A stretch of DNA of 64,000 bases from Eledone cirrhosa (lineage: Eukaryota): NCBI GenBank assembly GCA_964016885.1, contig OZ024745.1, forward strand, positions 27,032,001 to 27,096,000. The letters run 5' to 3'. The notes beneath the pieces were generated by a model, which was given only the letters and a program-made list of their open reading frames with translations, was not told the DNA's origin and did no database searches. Shown here piece by piece: positions 16,422 to 30,551 of this stretch. The position numbers were made by a program, and so were the translations under genes. The stretch's first letter is position 1. Each line of letters opens with the position of its first letter.

Positions 16422-16575
16422 AAAATGGAACGGGAACAAAACAGAAGGCAGTACAAACAAAGGTTTATTAGTTTCACGCTCTTGAGAGTGGGGGCGGGAT
16501 ATATATATATATATATTCAAAGGTTATGTTTAATTTGTTGGAATTCAACAAACTTAAAAGTTATATATATATATA

Positions 16576-16624
<49 letters not shown>

Positions 16625-16867
16625 GTGTGTGTGTTTTTGTATAATGTATATATATATGTATATATGTGTGTGTGTGTGTGTGTGGAGAGAGAGAGAAGGT
16701 AGGGGAAAAGGGGAAAATAAAAAAGAGGTTAATAGAGTAAGAAAGTGAAAAGGAAAAAAGCAAATGCACACACACACACACACCCACACACACACACAGT
16801 GCTGCACAACGACTTCATTTTATAGGATCTTAGCTGCGCGGTACATTCTTTCAAATTGATATATTAA

Positions 16868-16953
<86 letters not shown>

Positions 16954-17666
16954 TGTGTGTGTGTGCGTGTGTGTGTGTGTGTGTTTGTGTGTGCGTGTGT
17001 GCGTGCATCTGTGTGCGTGCATCTGTGTGCGTGCGCATGTGTGTGTGTGTGTGTATTTATTTATTCAGTATGGCTAAGTGATGACTCTACTCTTGTTTGA
17101 TGATCCCCCGAGTAAACAGTTGAAACTCCAGAGTACCAAAACTCTTTACTTGGCCATAATAAAAATAATCTAACTTCCACTTCGATATTGAGTACTCATT
17201 TTCACGTCCGTCAACGGACCCGAAACGTTAGATACGTTTTTCTCTCTCTATACGACTGGTACTTGATTTATCGACCTGGAAAGGATGAAACACAGAGTTG
17301 AGCTGATTTGAACTCAGATCACTGACAGCCGGAGCAAATACCGAAGCATTTTTAATCCAACGCCCTTACGCCTCCGCCAATTCGACGTGTTCAGAGCTAG
17401 AACAAATAATGTGACGGTCTAAAGACTTTCCATATTCGCTGTCTTTACTATTACTACTCTTACTACTATTACAACTATTAACACCATTATGATCAAGTAC
17501 CACCTCCAGCATACAATGAGAGAGTGGTGGGAGGGGGGAGCTAGAGAACGTGAATATATAAATAATAATTATGAGGCAAAACCTCTTGTTACAACGTAGA
17601 TGAGGGCCGGAAATATACTTACTGGGGGAACACACAAAGGAAAAGAAAAATATACGACATAACAAT

Positions 17667-17726
<60 letters not shown>

Positions 17727-17737
17727 GATAGAGAGGA

Positions 17738-17821
<84 letters not shown>

Positions 17822-18144
17822 AAATAAGCCAACTATTAAGTATTTGTTATTTAAAAATCAAACCAGATTTATTTTATACTAAAGAATGAATAACGTCCAA
17901 ATATTTTCACCGAATAAAAGAGTTTTGTAGTGAAACATGTAAACTTTACATGTAAACTTTACTGTAAATTTACATTTTTATTATTTACGATTTGTTATTT
18001 GTTAAATCATAAAGAAATTTTCTTGTTAAGGTTCCTCGTTCATGAATTCGTTTTCTTTTATTTTTGTTTATTGTTTTTGTGGCTGTAGTTTTAATATAAT
18101 TTTTTAAAGTCGATTTATTTATTTTTATTATCATTACATATATT

Positions 18145-18548
18145 AGGGCGGTTGATTGGCAGAATCGGTAAAGCATCTGACAAAATGCTTTGCGGTATAT
18201 TGTTACTGCGCTTTACGTTCTAAATTTAAATCCAGCCGAGGTTAGCTTTACCTTTCATACCTTACAGACTTGATATAATAAAGTACAGGTAACGAACTGG
18301 AGTCGATTTAATCGACATTCCCCTGCCCATAAAATTGTTGGCATTGTGCTAAAACCAGAAACCATTATATATGGTGGCTTGGCAGTATCGGTAGAGAGTC
18401 GGACACCATGCTTTGAAGCATAGAGTTACGTCCCTTTATGATCTGAGTTCAAATCCCGCCGAGGTTAACTTTGCCGTTCATCCTTACGGGGTCGATAAAA
18501 TAAAGTACCAGTAATGTACTGGCCTTGTGCCTAAAATAGAAACAATTA
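18145..18548 (+). mobile_element. Two tandem SINE family 1 copies
   Basis: Head, core and tail at 18145-18368 and again at 18372-18548. Confidence 0.85.
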
Positions 18549-18554
18549 TATATA

Positions 18555-19516
18555 CTAGCAGAAAACCCCCCTAGTGTGCATATTGATATTATACGCAAAT
18601 ATATATGCATTTAGATATGATACGTCAAATAAAATGGTAATTTAGAATATGCACAGAAATTGAAGAGAGACTGTGTTACACTGTCTTCTGTAATCAGTAA
18701 AGTAATCCATGATACATTTAAAAAAGACGATGTTATATATAAACTACATTAGGAGAAAATTAGCGACGGAAATATATGAACGTTTATATAAGCGATGTAA
18801 TAAGTGTTATAATATAATGGGCGCTAAACGGAAGTGTTGACATTTGAAAATTTTAAAGAAGTGAATCTTGAAATAAGCAATAAAATTATTTATATTTAAT
18901 CAAGAGTTACGAAATTTAGTACATAAATTATGTAATATTCATTCTTTATTTATTCACGTCCCTTTACGATCTGAGTTCAAATCCCGCCGAGGTTGACTTT
19001 GCCTTTCATCCTTACGGGGTCGATAAAATAAAGTACCAGTAATGCACTGGGTAATTGCTGGCCTTGTGTCTAAAGTAAAAACAATTATTTATTCAAAGTA
19101 ATGAATGAATATTACATAATTTATGTACTAAATTTCGTAACTCTTGATTAAATATAAATAATTTTATTGCTTATTTCAAGATTCACTTCTTTAAAATTTT
19201 CAAACGTCAACACTTCCGTTTAGAGCCCATTATATTATAACACTTATTACATCGCTTATATAAACGTTCATTTATTTCCGTCGCTAATTTTCTCCTAATA
19301 TAGTTTATATATAACATCGTATTTTTTAAATGTATCATGGATTACTTTACTGATTACAGAAGACAGTGTAACACAGTCTCTCTTCAATTTCTGTGCATAT
19401 TCTAAATTACTATTTTATTTGACGTATCATATCTAAATGCAACTTATTTTACAAACGGGATAAAAAAATATATATTCTAGACACAGTCCCGCACTCATCT
19501 TTTTATTATCTTATGA
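18555..19516 (-). mobile_element. Non-autonomous Helitron-like element with a long internal palindrome, interrupted by a SINE
   Basis: Minus strand starts a|TC and ends CTAG|t; arms 18606-18944 and 19103-19441 are inverted; SINE fragment 18957-19084 is flanked by an 11-bp TSD TTATTTATTCA. Confidence 0.5.
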
Positions 19517-19750
19517 TATAGAGAGAGTGGGGCGATGGATTGGCCTGTAGAGCGACAGACAACATACTTTGCGGCACATAGCCGTTCAAATCCCGCCGAA
19601 GTTAGCTTTACCATTCTTATGGACTCGATAAAATAAAGTACCAGTAACACACTGAGGTAAATTTAATCAATTTTCTACATGTACGAACAGTAGATGTTTA
19701 ATACGTAAAAGGTATATTATCTATAATTTAGTCTTCTCTCAATACTGAGC

Positions 19751-19803
19751 GAACGTCACTGATGATGGGTAAATATAGTCTGAAATATTAGTGCTTGGCG
19801 TTC
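19751..19803 (+). ncRNA. Degenerate hammerhead motif
   Basis: Stem I GAACGTCA/TGGCGTTC, CTGATGA...GAAA; stem II, stem III and the triplet are decayed. Confidence 0.45.
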
Positions 19804-20244
19804 TCACACGGTAACTGCGACATAAGCGAAACTTATATATGTTTATTTTAAATAAACATATTCTCTACACCTCTGTTACGAATCACGCTGTGTTAGTAGG
19901 CCAGTTAATTAACCTGGTAGTTCAGTTAAAAATTTAGGAGTGTAAAACATGAAGAGTGTTTGAAAACTAACTATCTCACGAGCTTTTCTAATTAACAGCA
20001 TGATATTTTAGACAGTTGTTGAGTTCACGAGGTGCACTTATATCGATCATTTGTGTACATAGAAGTGTTTTAAAGCCACGAATATACTTCTATATCTGAA
20101 TGAATTCTTGAGATTAAATAGGTTTCTACTTCAACCTCGTGAACTCTTTGATGTCGTAATTTCACTCATAAAGGATTGTGAATGTCAAAACAGCTCGTTT
20201 AATTTCTTGTCATAAATAACGATAATTTCCATCCTTGTGTGCGG

Positions 20245-20370
<126 letters not shown>

Positions 20371-20555
20371 GTGTAAGTTTGTTTGTTTGTGTGTGCATGT
20401 GTAATTGTGTTTGTTCGTATTTGCCTGTGTGCATGCGCGTGTTATATAGAGAGAGGGGTAGAGGGTAAAAAGATAGAATCAGATAAATAGATAGATAGAT
20501 AGATGGATAGATAGATAGGTAGGTAGGTAGGTAGGTAGGTAGATTGGTAGGTATG

Positions 20556-20610
<55 letters not shown>

Positions 20611-21474
20611 ATTTCTTTATTAGCCACAAGGGCACAAAAGAAGGGGACAAACACAAATGGGGAGTTTACATACAGGTATATGAAAATAAAACTATTAATA
20701 AAATAACAAATAACAATTGAAATCCCCAATAGGGGGGGGGGGGGGCGTTACACAGGGGTTGTACACACCCCGAAAAAATGTACAACCCTCATCTCCAGGA
20801 GCACCAAGAGTGAGTACTCCCTTCCTCTCTTCCTCTTTTTCCTCAACCTACAGGCTTATATAGAGAGAAGGCCCAACTACTCGGGCCATCTTTGCCACAT
20901 TCACCCACCTTTTATAAAATTTGCTGGGGTACAGCACCTCTCTCTCCATCCTGATTCTTCTTCCAAAATGATATTTGAAAAAACGAATCAATTGTTCGCC
21001 GGAGAGAAAGGTGTCTGACCTCAGCCCTTTTAACCTCGTCCACCATATAACATCTTTCACCATAGCCATAACACATAGGAAAACCGCCTCTCCATCGTTT
21101 TTGAAGGAGGGTGGCGGTTTGATCATGACAATGGACTCGGTGGTCAACTGGATTGGTCCCAACCGCGACAAAAGTCGTTCTACATAGCCCCACAGGTCGG
21201 TAACGCCCGGGTAGTGTACAAATGCGTGCGCGACGGTTTCCTCGTCGCACACGCATCTCGGACAGATCTTTTTCGAAGGGTCCCTGCCCGGGCGCCCGTG
21301 TCTGTAGAGCTTGTCTCGAACTGGTAGAGCTCCTCGGTAGCACTGCCAGGCCAGGGACTTTTGGAAGTTGTCCATTGATCCCGGGCGGAAGGTCCAACCG
21401 AACAGACTGGCCAATTCGTCCTCCTCTACGCCTAGAGTTTCTCCGAGCGTGTCGTCGCACTTGCTGCGGACCAA
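20611..21474 (-). mobile_element. Tx1-clade LINE, subfamily A, 5'-truncated (ORF2 C-terminus plus 3'UTR), in (GATA)n
   Basis: ORF 20848-21474 matches the ORF2 C-terminal zinc-finger region; GATA repeats on both sides. Confidence 0.93.
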
Positions 21475-21483
21475 GATAGATAT

Positions 21484-21500
21484 ATTTCTTTATTTGCCAC
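21484..21500 (-). mobile_element. 17-nt extreme 5'-truncated Tx1 insertion (3' terminus only)
   Basis: ATTTCTTTATTTGCCAC, identical to the end of the copy at 48274, between GATA units. Confidence 0.7.
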
Positions 21501-21515
21501 GAGATAGATAGATAA

Positions 21516-22085
21516 GTTTCTTTTATTTGCCACTAGGGCATCAAAAGTGGGACAAGTACAAAGGGGGGAGTTTACACAAAAAGGCGTCCTCAATAAGGAG
21601 GAGGCAATAACAAAATATAAAAATAAAATAAGATATAACAAAAATAAAATTTTTAACAAAATCCTCAATAGAGAGGAGGCGCCTTGGGGGGTCGCACACA
21701 CCCCCGAAAAAAGTGTGCAACCCTTTTCCTCAGGAGCACAGAGAGGGGGTGCTCCCTCGTTCCTTCCTCTTTTCCACCTACAGGCTTATGTAAAGAGAAG
21801 GCCCATTCACACGGGCCATTCTCGCCACTTTCACCCACCTTTCATAAAAACGACTGGGGTGCAGCACCTCTCTCTCCATCCTGATCCTTCTTCCGAAATG
21901 ATATCGGAAGAAACGGACCAGTTGTTGGCCAGAGAGAAAGGTGCCTGACCTCAGTCCTTTCAGACGCGTCCACCATACAACCTCTTTCGCCATGGCTATT
22001 ACGCACAGAAACACCGCCTCTGCTTCATCTTTGAAGGGGGGAGGCGGCTTGATCATTACAATAGACTCGGTGGTCAACCGGATCG
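21516..22085 (-). mobile_element. Tx1-clade LINE, subfamily B, 5'-truncated
   Basis: 3'UTR and ORF2 end nearly identical to 40538-41108; GATA on both sides. Confidence 0.93.
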
Positions 22086-22122
<37 letters not shown>

Positions 22123-22123
22123 T

Positions 22124-22607
22124 ATTTCTTTATTAGCCACAGGGGCACAAAAGAAGGGGACAAATACAAAGGGGGAAGTTTACATACAATAAAAACGTGT
22201 AAAATGTTATCACAGATGGAATTTAAAAGTTAGTCGATTTTCCCCAATAGAGGGAGACAGTTTATATGGGTAACACATACCCCCGAAAAAATGTGCAACC
22301 CTCATCTCCAGGAGTACGAAGAGCTTGTACTCCTTTCCTCTCCTCCTCCTTTTCCTCAATCTACAGGCTGATATAGAGAGAAGGCCCATTCACTCGGGCC
22401 ATTCTCGCCACTTTCACCCACCTTTCATAAAACTTGCTGCGGTACAGCACCTCTCTCTCCATCCTGATTCTTCTTCCAAAGTGGTATTTGAAAAAAAGAA
22501 TCAGTTGTTGGCCGGAGAGAAAGGTGTCTGACCTCAGCCCTTTCAACCTTGTCCACCATACAACCTCTTTCGCCATAGCTATCACACAAAGGAAAACCGC
22601 CTCTCCT
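22124..22607 (-). mobile_element. Tx1-clade LINE, subfamily C, 5'-truncated
   Basis: Nearly identical to 52014-52499; followed by (GATA)n 22608-22722. Confidence 0.93.
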
Positions 22608-22628
22608 ATAGATAGATAGATAGATAGG

Positions 22629-22722
<94 letters not shown>

Positions 22723-23385
22723 TGATAGTTGTCGGCTAGCGATCGAGTATGACTACCACACTATGTACATTCTCCTTTTAAACCATTAAAAATGCGGTGC
22801 ATCCTCATCATGGTCTCAAGATGACGACGATATACCCCCAAAACAGCAAGAACAAGATCCCACTTCCATTACTTCAACCTAGTATACGGAAGCATTGGTG
22901 ACCGAAGAATTTCCACTTCTCCCGACTATACTATACCTTTCGAGTGAGGAATTGACGGAATTAGGGACATTTCACCGTCAAGCCATCTCTCCGTCGATCC
23001 TTTTGTCAATAGGCGTCGAATTGTCAGAGTCGTTAGAACGTCGGATAGAATGCTTTGAGATATTTGTTCTGGTTCACTTCACTGTGTTCAAAACCCACTA
23101 AGGTAAAATCTGGTTTTCACCATTGAAATGTCGATAGAAAATGTACCAATCCAGTACTGGGACCAATTTCATATCACTCTTTCTGGAGAAGGGGTGGACT
23201 CCATTAGGTTTTAAATACCCAAGACATTGTATGTGTGCAACCCTATGACTTTATCATGAATTATGGGTCATACACAATATTTATCAGCGTATTTATCTAT
23301 ACGTTTCCTCTCTCTTTCTCTCTCTCTCTCTCCCCCCCCCCTCTCTCTATATATATATATAATTATGTATTTTGTATTATTTTAT

Positions 23386-23457
23386 TATTCTGAGGAAATC
23401 AGTATAGTGGAATGAAATGATACTTCCTACTGTATTTGAAAGAAACGTTCGTAAATA
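23386..23457 (+). ncRNA. Type I hammerhead motif with long stem II
   Basis: TATT/AATA stem I, CTGAGGA, stem II TCAGTATAGTGGAA/TTCCTACTGTATTTGA (closing pairs mismatched), GAAACGTTCGTA. Confidence 0.55.
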
Positions 23458-23834
23458 TATTAAATAATGTAATTAAATCCTGGTTATTTTATTCATTTTA
23501 TATATGCTCTGCAATGTTATCTAACTACTGTGACTGGAAATTTATTTACTAATTGGATTAAACTCTGAACTGTCTTTTACCTATCTTACTGTGTGTAAAA
23601 CAACCCCGCAGTGATATTCCCCACTATTGGGGATTTCGATTGTTTATTTATAATTGTTAAATTTATTCATACGCTTCCATATATAACCCCCGCCTTCCCA
23701 TGACTTGTAACGTCCCATTTCGTGTGTGTCCTTGTGGCAAATAAAGAAATGTATCTATCTTACTGTGGACTATAAAATCACATTTGAGCTTTGAATTATT
23801 CTTTGCCATATATGATTGTATTATTTTATTAACC

Positions 23835-23913
23835 TTTATTTTATTAACCTTTATCAACTGGTGCGTGTGTTTCTTATTGGTTTCTTATTGGCATCATGAC
23901 CTTCCCAAAGTAT

Positions 23914-23973
<60 letters not shown>

Positions 23974-24052
23974 ATACTTTGGGAAGGTCATGATGCCAAT
24001 AAGAAACCAATAAGAAACACACGCACCAGTTGATAAAGGTTAATAAAATAAA
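23835..24052. repeat. Perfect palindrome centred on (TA)n; arms are Penelope terminal-repeat sequence
   Basis: 23835-23917 is the reverse complement of 23969-24052; the arm matches 25014-25080. Confidence 0.9.
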
Positions 24053-24053
24053 C

Positions 24054-25132
24054 TCATGGTATGATAGCAATAAATACCAGAGTGTAATGTTATCAATACA
24101 ATCCCTAGAGGTGAACTAGCTTACAAATTTAGAAGGGCCCTAGATAAACTTAAACTAAATATTAAGATAGTGGAAAGACCAGGTACCTCCATAATAACAC
24201 TAATTAGTAATACATACCCTTTTCAAAGACCTCTCTGTATAGATAGGAAATGCATAATCTGTAAGCTAAGCGCCCATATTAACTGTAAAACTAGAAACAT
24301 AGTATATAGCATAAGATGTACTGAGGGACAATGTAAAAATAAGAATATAGTGTACATAGGTGAGACAGCTCGTAGCATAGGAGAACGATTAAGTGAACAC
24401 TGGCGAGAACTCCAAGATAGAAAAGACTCATCAATACTCCAGCAACATGCTAAAATAGAAGATAAGGTCAAATTAGAGAACATAGAGATAAAAATTGAAT
24501 CTACACACAGAAAAGACGCAATGTTTAGACAAATCACAGAGGCAATAAACATAAATGAACTCCAACCAAAATTAAATAGAAAACATGAATGGAATAGCAA
24601 CATCACAACTTATAATTAAGGACAAAATGAAAACATACAGACACACAAAACAACAAAAAATGAAAAAAATGCTTATATATGTATGTATGCATGTATATAA
24701 TTATATATATCACACAAACATAGAACAAACAATCAACTAGTGACATGTAAATAAACAAATAAATAAACAAATAAAAACACACACAGGCACTCGGATGTAA
24801 CACATGCGCAAACTAAGCACACAACACACACAAAAACAATATGGCGTAGGACAGAACAAAGGAAGGCACAAAATAAAAAAATAAAGAAAAGAATCCCCAG
24901 TAACTGAAGAGGTCACAGAATGTGTTATGAAAGAACGTTGACAATATGTGAACAACCATCCGGTTATAGAACCAACCAGCCAACCGGAAATGTATAATAA
25001 ATTGAAGTGAAAACAACTGGTGCGTGTGTTTCTTATTGGTTTCTTATTGGCGACATGGCCCTCCCAAAGTATAACAATATCGGTTTCAACACACGTTTTC
25101 AGATAAGGAATCTTGCTAAACAAATTCAAAAA

Positions 25133-25135
<3 letters not shown>
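24054..25135 (+). mobile_element. 5'-truncated Penelope-like retroelement (GIY-YIG endonuclease plus terminal-repeat region)
   Basis: GIY-YIG ORF, A-rich 3' region, decayed hammerhead core CTGAAGA...GAAA at about 24904-24932, inverted terminal-repeat fragment upstream, (TA)n at both ends. Confidence 0.85.
24170..24619 (+). pseudogene. Penelope-type GIY-YIG endonuclease domain (C-terminal ORF fragment)
   Basis: CKTRNIVYSIRC...VYIGETARSIGERLSEH...RQITEAININELQPKLNRKHEW, the typical PLE GIY-YIG signature; no RT part. Confidence 0.9.
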
Positions 25136-25183
<48 letters not shown>

Positions 25184-25273
25184 GTATTTCCGTAGGAAGG
25201 GTAAAGGAAAGGAGAGTGTTCTATGTATGCTACAAAGCTATTTAATTAAGTAATAAACAAAATAAGACAATTA

Positions 25274-25346
25274 TTCCATTTACCAAAGGTTTCACGAAGA
25301 CAGACGAGCTTAACAGAGACGTCTGAAATCGTTCATCAGAATGAAA
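25274..25346 (-). ncRNA. Type I hammerhead ribozyme motif (canonical core)
   Basis: Minus strand: TTTCATT/AATGGAA, CTGATGA, stem II ACGA..CAGACG/CGTCTG..TCGT, GAAA, ACC-TTT-GGT, GTA triplet. Confidence 0.85.
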
Positions 25347-25385
25347 ATTTAAAAAAATAATAATTTTATCACCGAACGAACTACC

Positions 25386-25476
25386 CGTGTCTGAAGGAAC
25401 CTGCAGCCGTAGAATCATCCAGATCCATACAGGGGCCATGTCTCGAGCTACCTGCCAGCGAAACAATTGTAACACG
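25386..25476 (+). ncRNA. Type I hammerhead motif, core slightly altered
   Basis: CGTGT/ACACG stem I, CTGAAGG, long stem II (GCAG/CTGC), GAAA, palindromic ACAATTGT, GTA triplet. Confidence 0.6.
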
Positions 25477-25606
25477 CAATAAATTGAGTCCAGATGCATC
25501 ACTGATATTCGTTTTCTTTATACTATCTACACTCTACTCTGCTGAATATTGAGTGCTAATTATGGCATACCGCCTATGGAAGCACCATAGCTACCATTAT
25601 ACACAA

Positions 25607-25671
<65 letters not shown>

Positions 25672-26864
25672 TAAACGGAATAGAAAATGCTGACAAATTG
25701 TTCACAGTTGAAAAATGGTTTAATTAGGAATAAAAGAGTATTAGTGATTGTATGGGTTAGTATTCAGTTGTGGTTTTAAGTTTTTAAGTTATTACCGGTT
25801 GCGCATTTCTAAATGCTTTTCAAAAATAATTTTGAGATAGAGTGTCCGTGTTGTTTGCTCTGATCTGATTAGTTTTGGGAATTCTACCTGTTTTTATGTT
25901 AAAAAAGTGGCTCCAGCGTTACTTTGGTGTTGCAAAAATTCTTGTGGTCAAAACAATTTTGATTGGTCGGTAGAGGTCATGTGAATGTAAAAAATTGATT
26001 TATATATATATATATATTTATCGGAATTACCTAACACTAAAACACATATATATATGGCTATAGCTATGTTAAATTTCGGGGAAGAAAACTGAATTTAACA
26101 TTTCCGTCCGTAAAACAACGTGTTATATAATATAAATAACAAACTATATAGGGTTAATCACTAAAACCTTTCACATGTTTTAGATTTTATGAAGTGCGTA
26201 GGTTGTATATGTCGAGTGCGCAACTCTAAAGTCGTTAAATGAAAACTAAGTAGAATCATTTTCAGTTTCATTGAGATTCGCAAGTAGCTCTTCAGATTTT
26301 AAGATCCTTCACACTACCGATATCAAACTGGAAAACCATAGGTATTGTTTCTTTTTGTTTTGTCTTTATATCTTTATTTTTCATTTTTCATTTTGCTGTA
26401 ATTATTTAGCCCCAGGTCAGCTCTGATCTAGTGTCATATTGTCATATGATCAAAGCAATTTAGTTATGACCATCCCATCGTATATTCAGATAATTTAGAT
26501 ATATATACACAATAATAGAAACGACAGATTGCATATCTTGCGACATTTGGTACGGCTCTCTGCTGTCTAGAGGTAAATCCTTCCGAGGTAGATTTCACTC
26601 TTTTCATCCCTTCATTCTCTCTCTCTCTTGTTCAACGTCCTACCATACCGTATGTCTTGGGTATTTTAAACTTGAACACAGCCGATTTCTTTCAAAGACG
26701 GAGAGATAGAATAAGAGATATAAGAGAGAGACAGGGGGATGGAGAGAGAGAGAGGGGGCGGAGAGAGAGAGGGTACGAAGAGAGAGGGGTACGAAGAGAC
26801 AGGGGAACGAAGCGAGAGGGAGACGGGGAGAGAGAAAGGGGAGAAAAGAATCGACCACAATACT

Positions 26865-27008
26865 GGACTGGTATTTTATTCATGGATCTCAAAAGGAGGA
26901 AATGTAAAGTTGACCTCGATGAGAATTGAACTCAGGGAGCAGGGAGCCGGTACGAATACTGAGGCATTTATAATCCGATGGCCTTACCACTCTACCAATT
27001 CACCGCCT
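26865..27008 (-). mobile_element. SINE family 1 copy (diverged)
   Basis: Reverse complement of head and core (GGCGGTGAATTGG...GAGTTCAATTC...ACCAG). Confidence 0.7.
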
Positions 27009-27337
27009 TAATTCGTATCAGACGCCGAAACAAACATATGATCCACATTGTAAAGCGAATAATGTAACGAATAAAATTTATAAAAATCACTATTGGTTTC
27101 ACTTACAGGTAGGAGGTCATCGCTGCGTGAGCTTTTACATGGTTTTGTATGGTCGTAGTCTTAACAAGGAGCAAACACTTGAACATATTGTGTAGTTTGT
27201 AAGAAAGGAACAGAAGAATAGAATCCGGGTGTCCTACTCGTTTGCTGTATCTATTCTCCTATTGCCCTTTCAATGCCCTATCCCATAACCTACTACCTAC
27301 CACTTCAACGTAGCGAAAACATTTCAAGACGAGATTA

Positions 27338-27472
<135 letters not shown>

Positions 27473-27504
27473 ATACACGCAGACATTTCTACATATGCAC
27501 ATAT

Positions 27505-27586
<82 letters not shown>

Positions 27587-27737
27587 GTATATATATACAT
27601 ACATACAGACACATATATATATGAGGTGCGTGTGTGTGTGTGTGCGTGTGAATGTATATATGCATGTATACTCTTTTACTCTTTTACCTGTTTCAGCCAT
27701 CCGGCTGAGGCCATGCTGGGGCACCGCCCTTGATGTA

Positions 27738-27800
<63 letters not shown>

Positions 27801-27940
27801 ACACGCATATATGAGTGTGAGTGTGTATAAATATATATATATATGCGTCTGTATATATATATATATATATACAGACGCATATATATATATATATTCGTAC
27901 ACACTCATATATATATATATATATATATTTATTTATATGC

Positions 27941-27980
<40 letters not shown>

Positions 27981-27982
27981 GC

Positions 27983-28040
<58 letters not shown>

Positions 28041-28055
28041 GTGTCTATATATATA

Positions 28056-28110
<55 letters not shown>

Positions 28111-28344
28111 GAAAGCACGCACACCTACACCTACATGATTAAATTCAAAGCAAACAGTACGATAGAGTTATACAGGAGTTGAGAAGGGAGTAAATATTGG
28201 CTGTTATGTCTACGTAATGTAGGTACGGGTGCCTGTGTGTGCATGTCTGGTTAGGTGTGTAGGGAAATACATGTATGTATATGTGATAATGTTTGAACTT
28301 ATGTGTATACATGTGTATATCTCTATGCTGTATTTATACATGTG

Positions 28345-28436
<92 letters not shown>

Positions 28437-28570
28437 GAGATTTTTAACCCCGACGGCAGAGCTCAAGTAGTTTCGACGGCTATTTCTGGACATATGTGTA
28501 TGCATATATATATATATGTGTGTGTGCGTGAATATATATATATATATACAATATATATATATCATAAAAG

Positions 28571-28624
<54 letters not shown>

Positions 28625-28841
28625 GTGACTCAGTGAATTACTGGTGTTGGTACCACATCAAGCACTCTATGCACAGGCAGAGTGTATATAATAGAAACAT
28701 ACGAGGAAGTTTCATTTACATATAAAAATAGTTATTGTGTAACGACCTGCTACGCACGTTTCGCAGACGTTTGGCTCAAGGCCACCCATAGGAGTTATGG
28801 ACCCGACTCCACTATCGTTTTATATATATATATACACACAT

Positions 28842-28874
<33 letters not shown>

Positions 28875-28880
28875 CACACA

Positions 28881-28991
<111 letters not shown>

Positions 28992-29039
28992 TGTGTGTGT
29001 TTGTGTATGCATATATATATATATATATATATATGCATG

Positions 29040-30006
29040 CAGGTGTGTAAGAGAGTGTGATGTGTATTTGTGTGTATTTGTGATTGTATGTAGGTATGTA
29101 AGTGTGTTATGTGTGTGTGTAAATGTATGTATGTAAGTGTGTGTTTATATGTGTGTAAATGTATGTAGGTATGTAAGAGTGTGTTTATATGTGTGTAAAT
29201 GTATGTAGGTATGTAAGAGTGTGTTTATGTGTGTAAACGTATGTAGGTATGTATGTGTGTTATGTATGTGTGTAAATGTATGTAGGTATGTAAGTGTGTG
29301 TTTATATGTGTGTAAATGTATGTAGGTATGTAAGAGTGTGTTTATATGTGTGTAAATGTATGTAGGTATGTAAGAGTGTGTTTATGTGTGTAAACGTATG
29401 TAGGTATGTATGTGTGTTATGTATGTGTGTAAATGTATGTAGGTATGTAAGTGTGTTATGTGTGTGTGTAAATGTATGTATGTAAGTGTGTGTTTATATG
29501 TGTGTAAATGTATGTAGGTATGTAAGTGTGTTATGTATGTGTGTAAATGTATGTAGGTATGTAAGTGTGTGTTTATATGTGTGTAAATGTATGTAAGTAT
29601 GTGAGAGTGTGTTTATATGTGTGTAAATGTATGTAGGTATGTATATAAGTATGTATGTGTGTTATGCATGTGTGTAAATGTATGTAAGTATGTAAGAGTG
29701 TGTTTATATGTGTGTAAATGTATGTAAGTATGTAAGAGTGTGTTTATATGTGTGTAAATGTATGTAGGTATGTAAGAGTGTGTTATGTATGTGTGTAAAT
29801 GTATGTAGGTATGTAAGTGTGTGTTTATATGTGTGTAAATGTATGTAGGTATGTAAGAGTGTGTTTATATGTGTGTAAATGTATGTAGGTATGTATATAA
29901 GTATGTATGTGTGTTATGCATGTGTGTAAATGTATGTAAGTATGTAAGAGTGTGTTTATATGTGTGTAAATGTATGTAAGTATGTAAGAGTGTGTTTATA
30001 TGTGTG
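29040..30006. repeat. About 36-40-bp minisatellite GTGTGTTTATATGTGTGTAAATGTATGTAGGTATGTAAGA
   Basis: About 25 imperfect tandem units built from GT/ATGT motifs. Confidence 0.9.
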
Positions 30007-30179
30007 TCCATATCGTTCCTTGTTGGAGTATGTGTATAACTTGTTTCTAATAAATAATTTGTAGGATTAGAAGGAACAAATTATTTAGTTTTTTTATTCA
30101 TCTTTTTCTTATTTTTCTTCTCTCTCTCTTTATTCATTATTATTTTTCATTGATGAAAGTTCCTCTTGCTCAACACACA

Positions 30180-30253
<74 letters not shown>

Positions 30254-30321
30254 TCACTCTCTTTCTCTCTCTCTCTCTCTCTCCACTAACACTCATACAT
30301 AGATATAGATATATATGTATG

Positions 30322-30375
<54 letters not shown>

Positions 30376-30517
30376 CCTGCATGTATGTGTATATATATAC
30401 ATATATACATATGTGTATATATTATAATATATGTGTATATATATATATATATATGTACATATATATATATATGTACATATATATATATGTGTGTGTATAT
30501 ATATGTACATATATATG

Positions 30518-30551
<34 letters not shown>

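Noticed and set aside
20611-22607. Segmental duplication of the two Tx1 clusters
   Set aside because: Subfamily order and 5' truncation points differ, and the unique flanks are unrelated.
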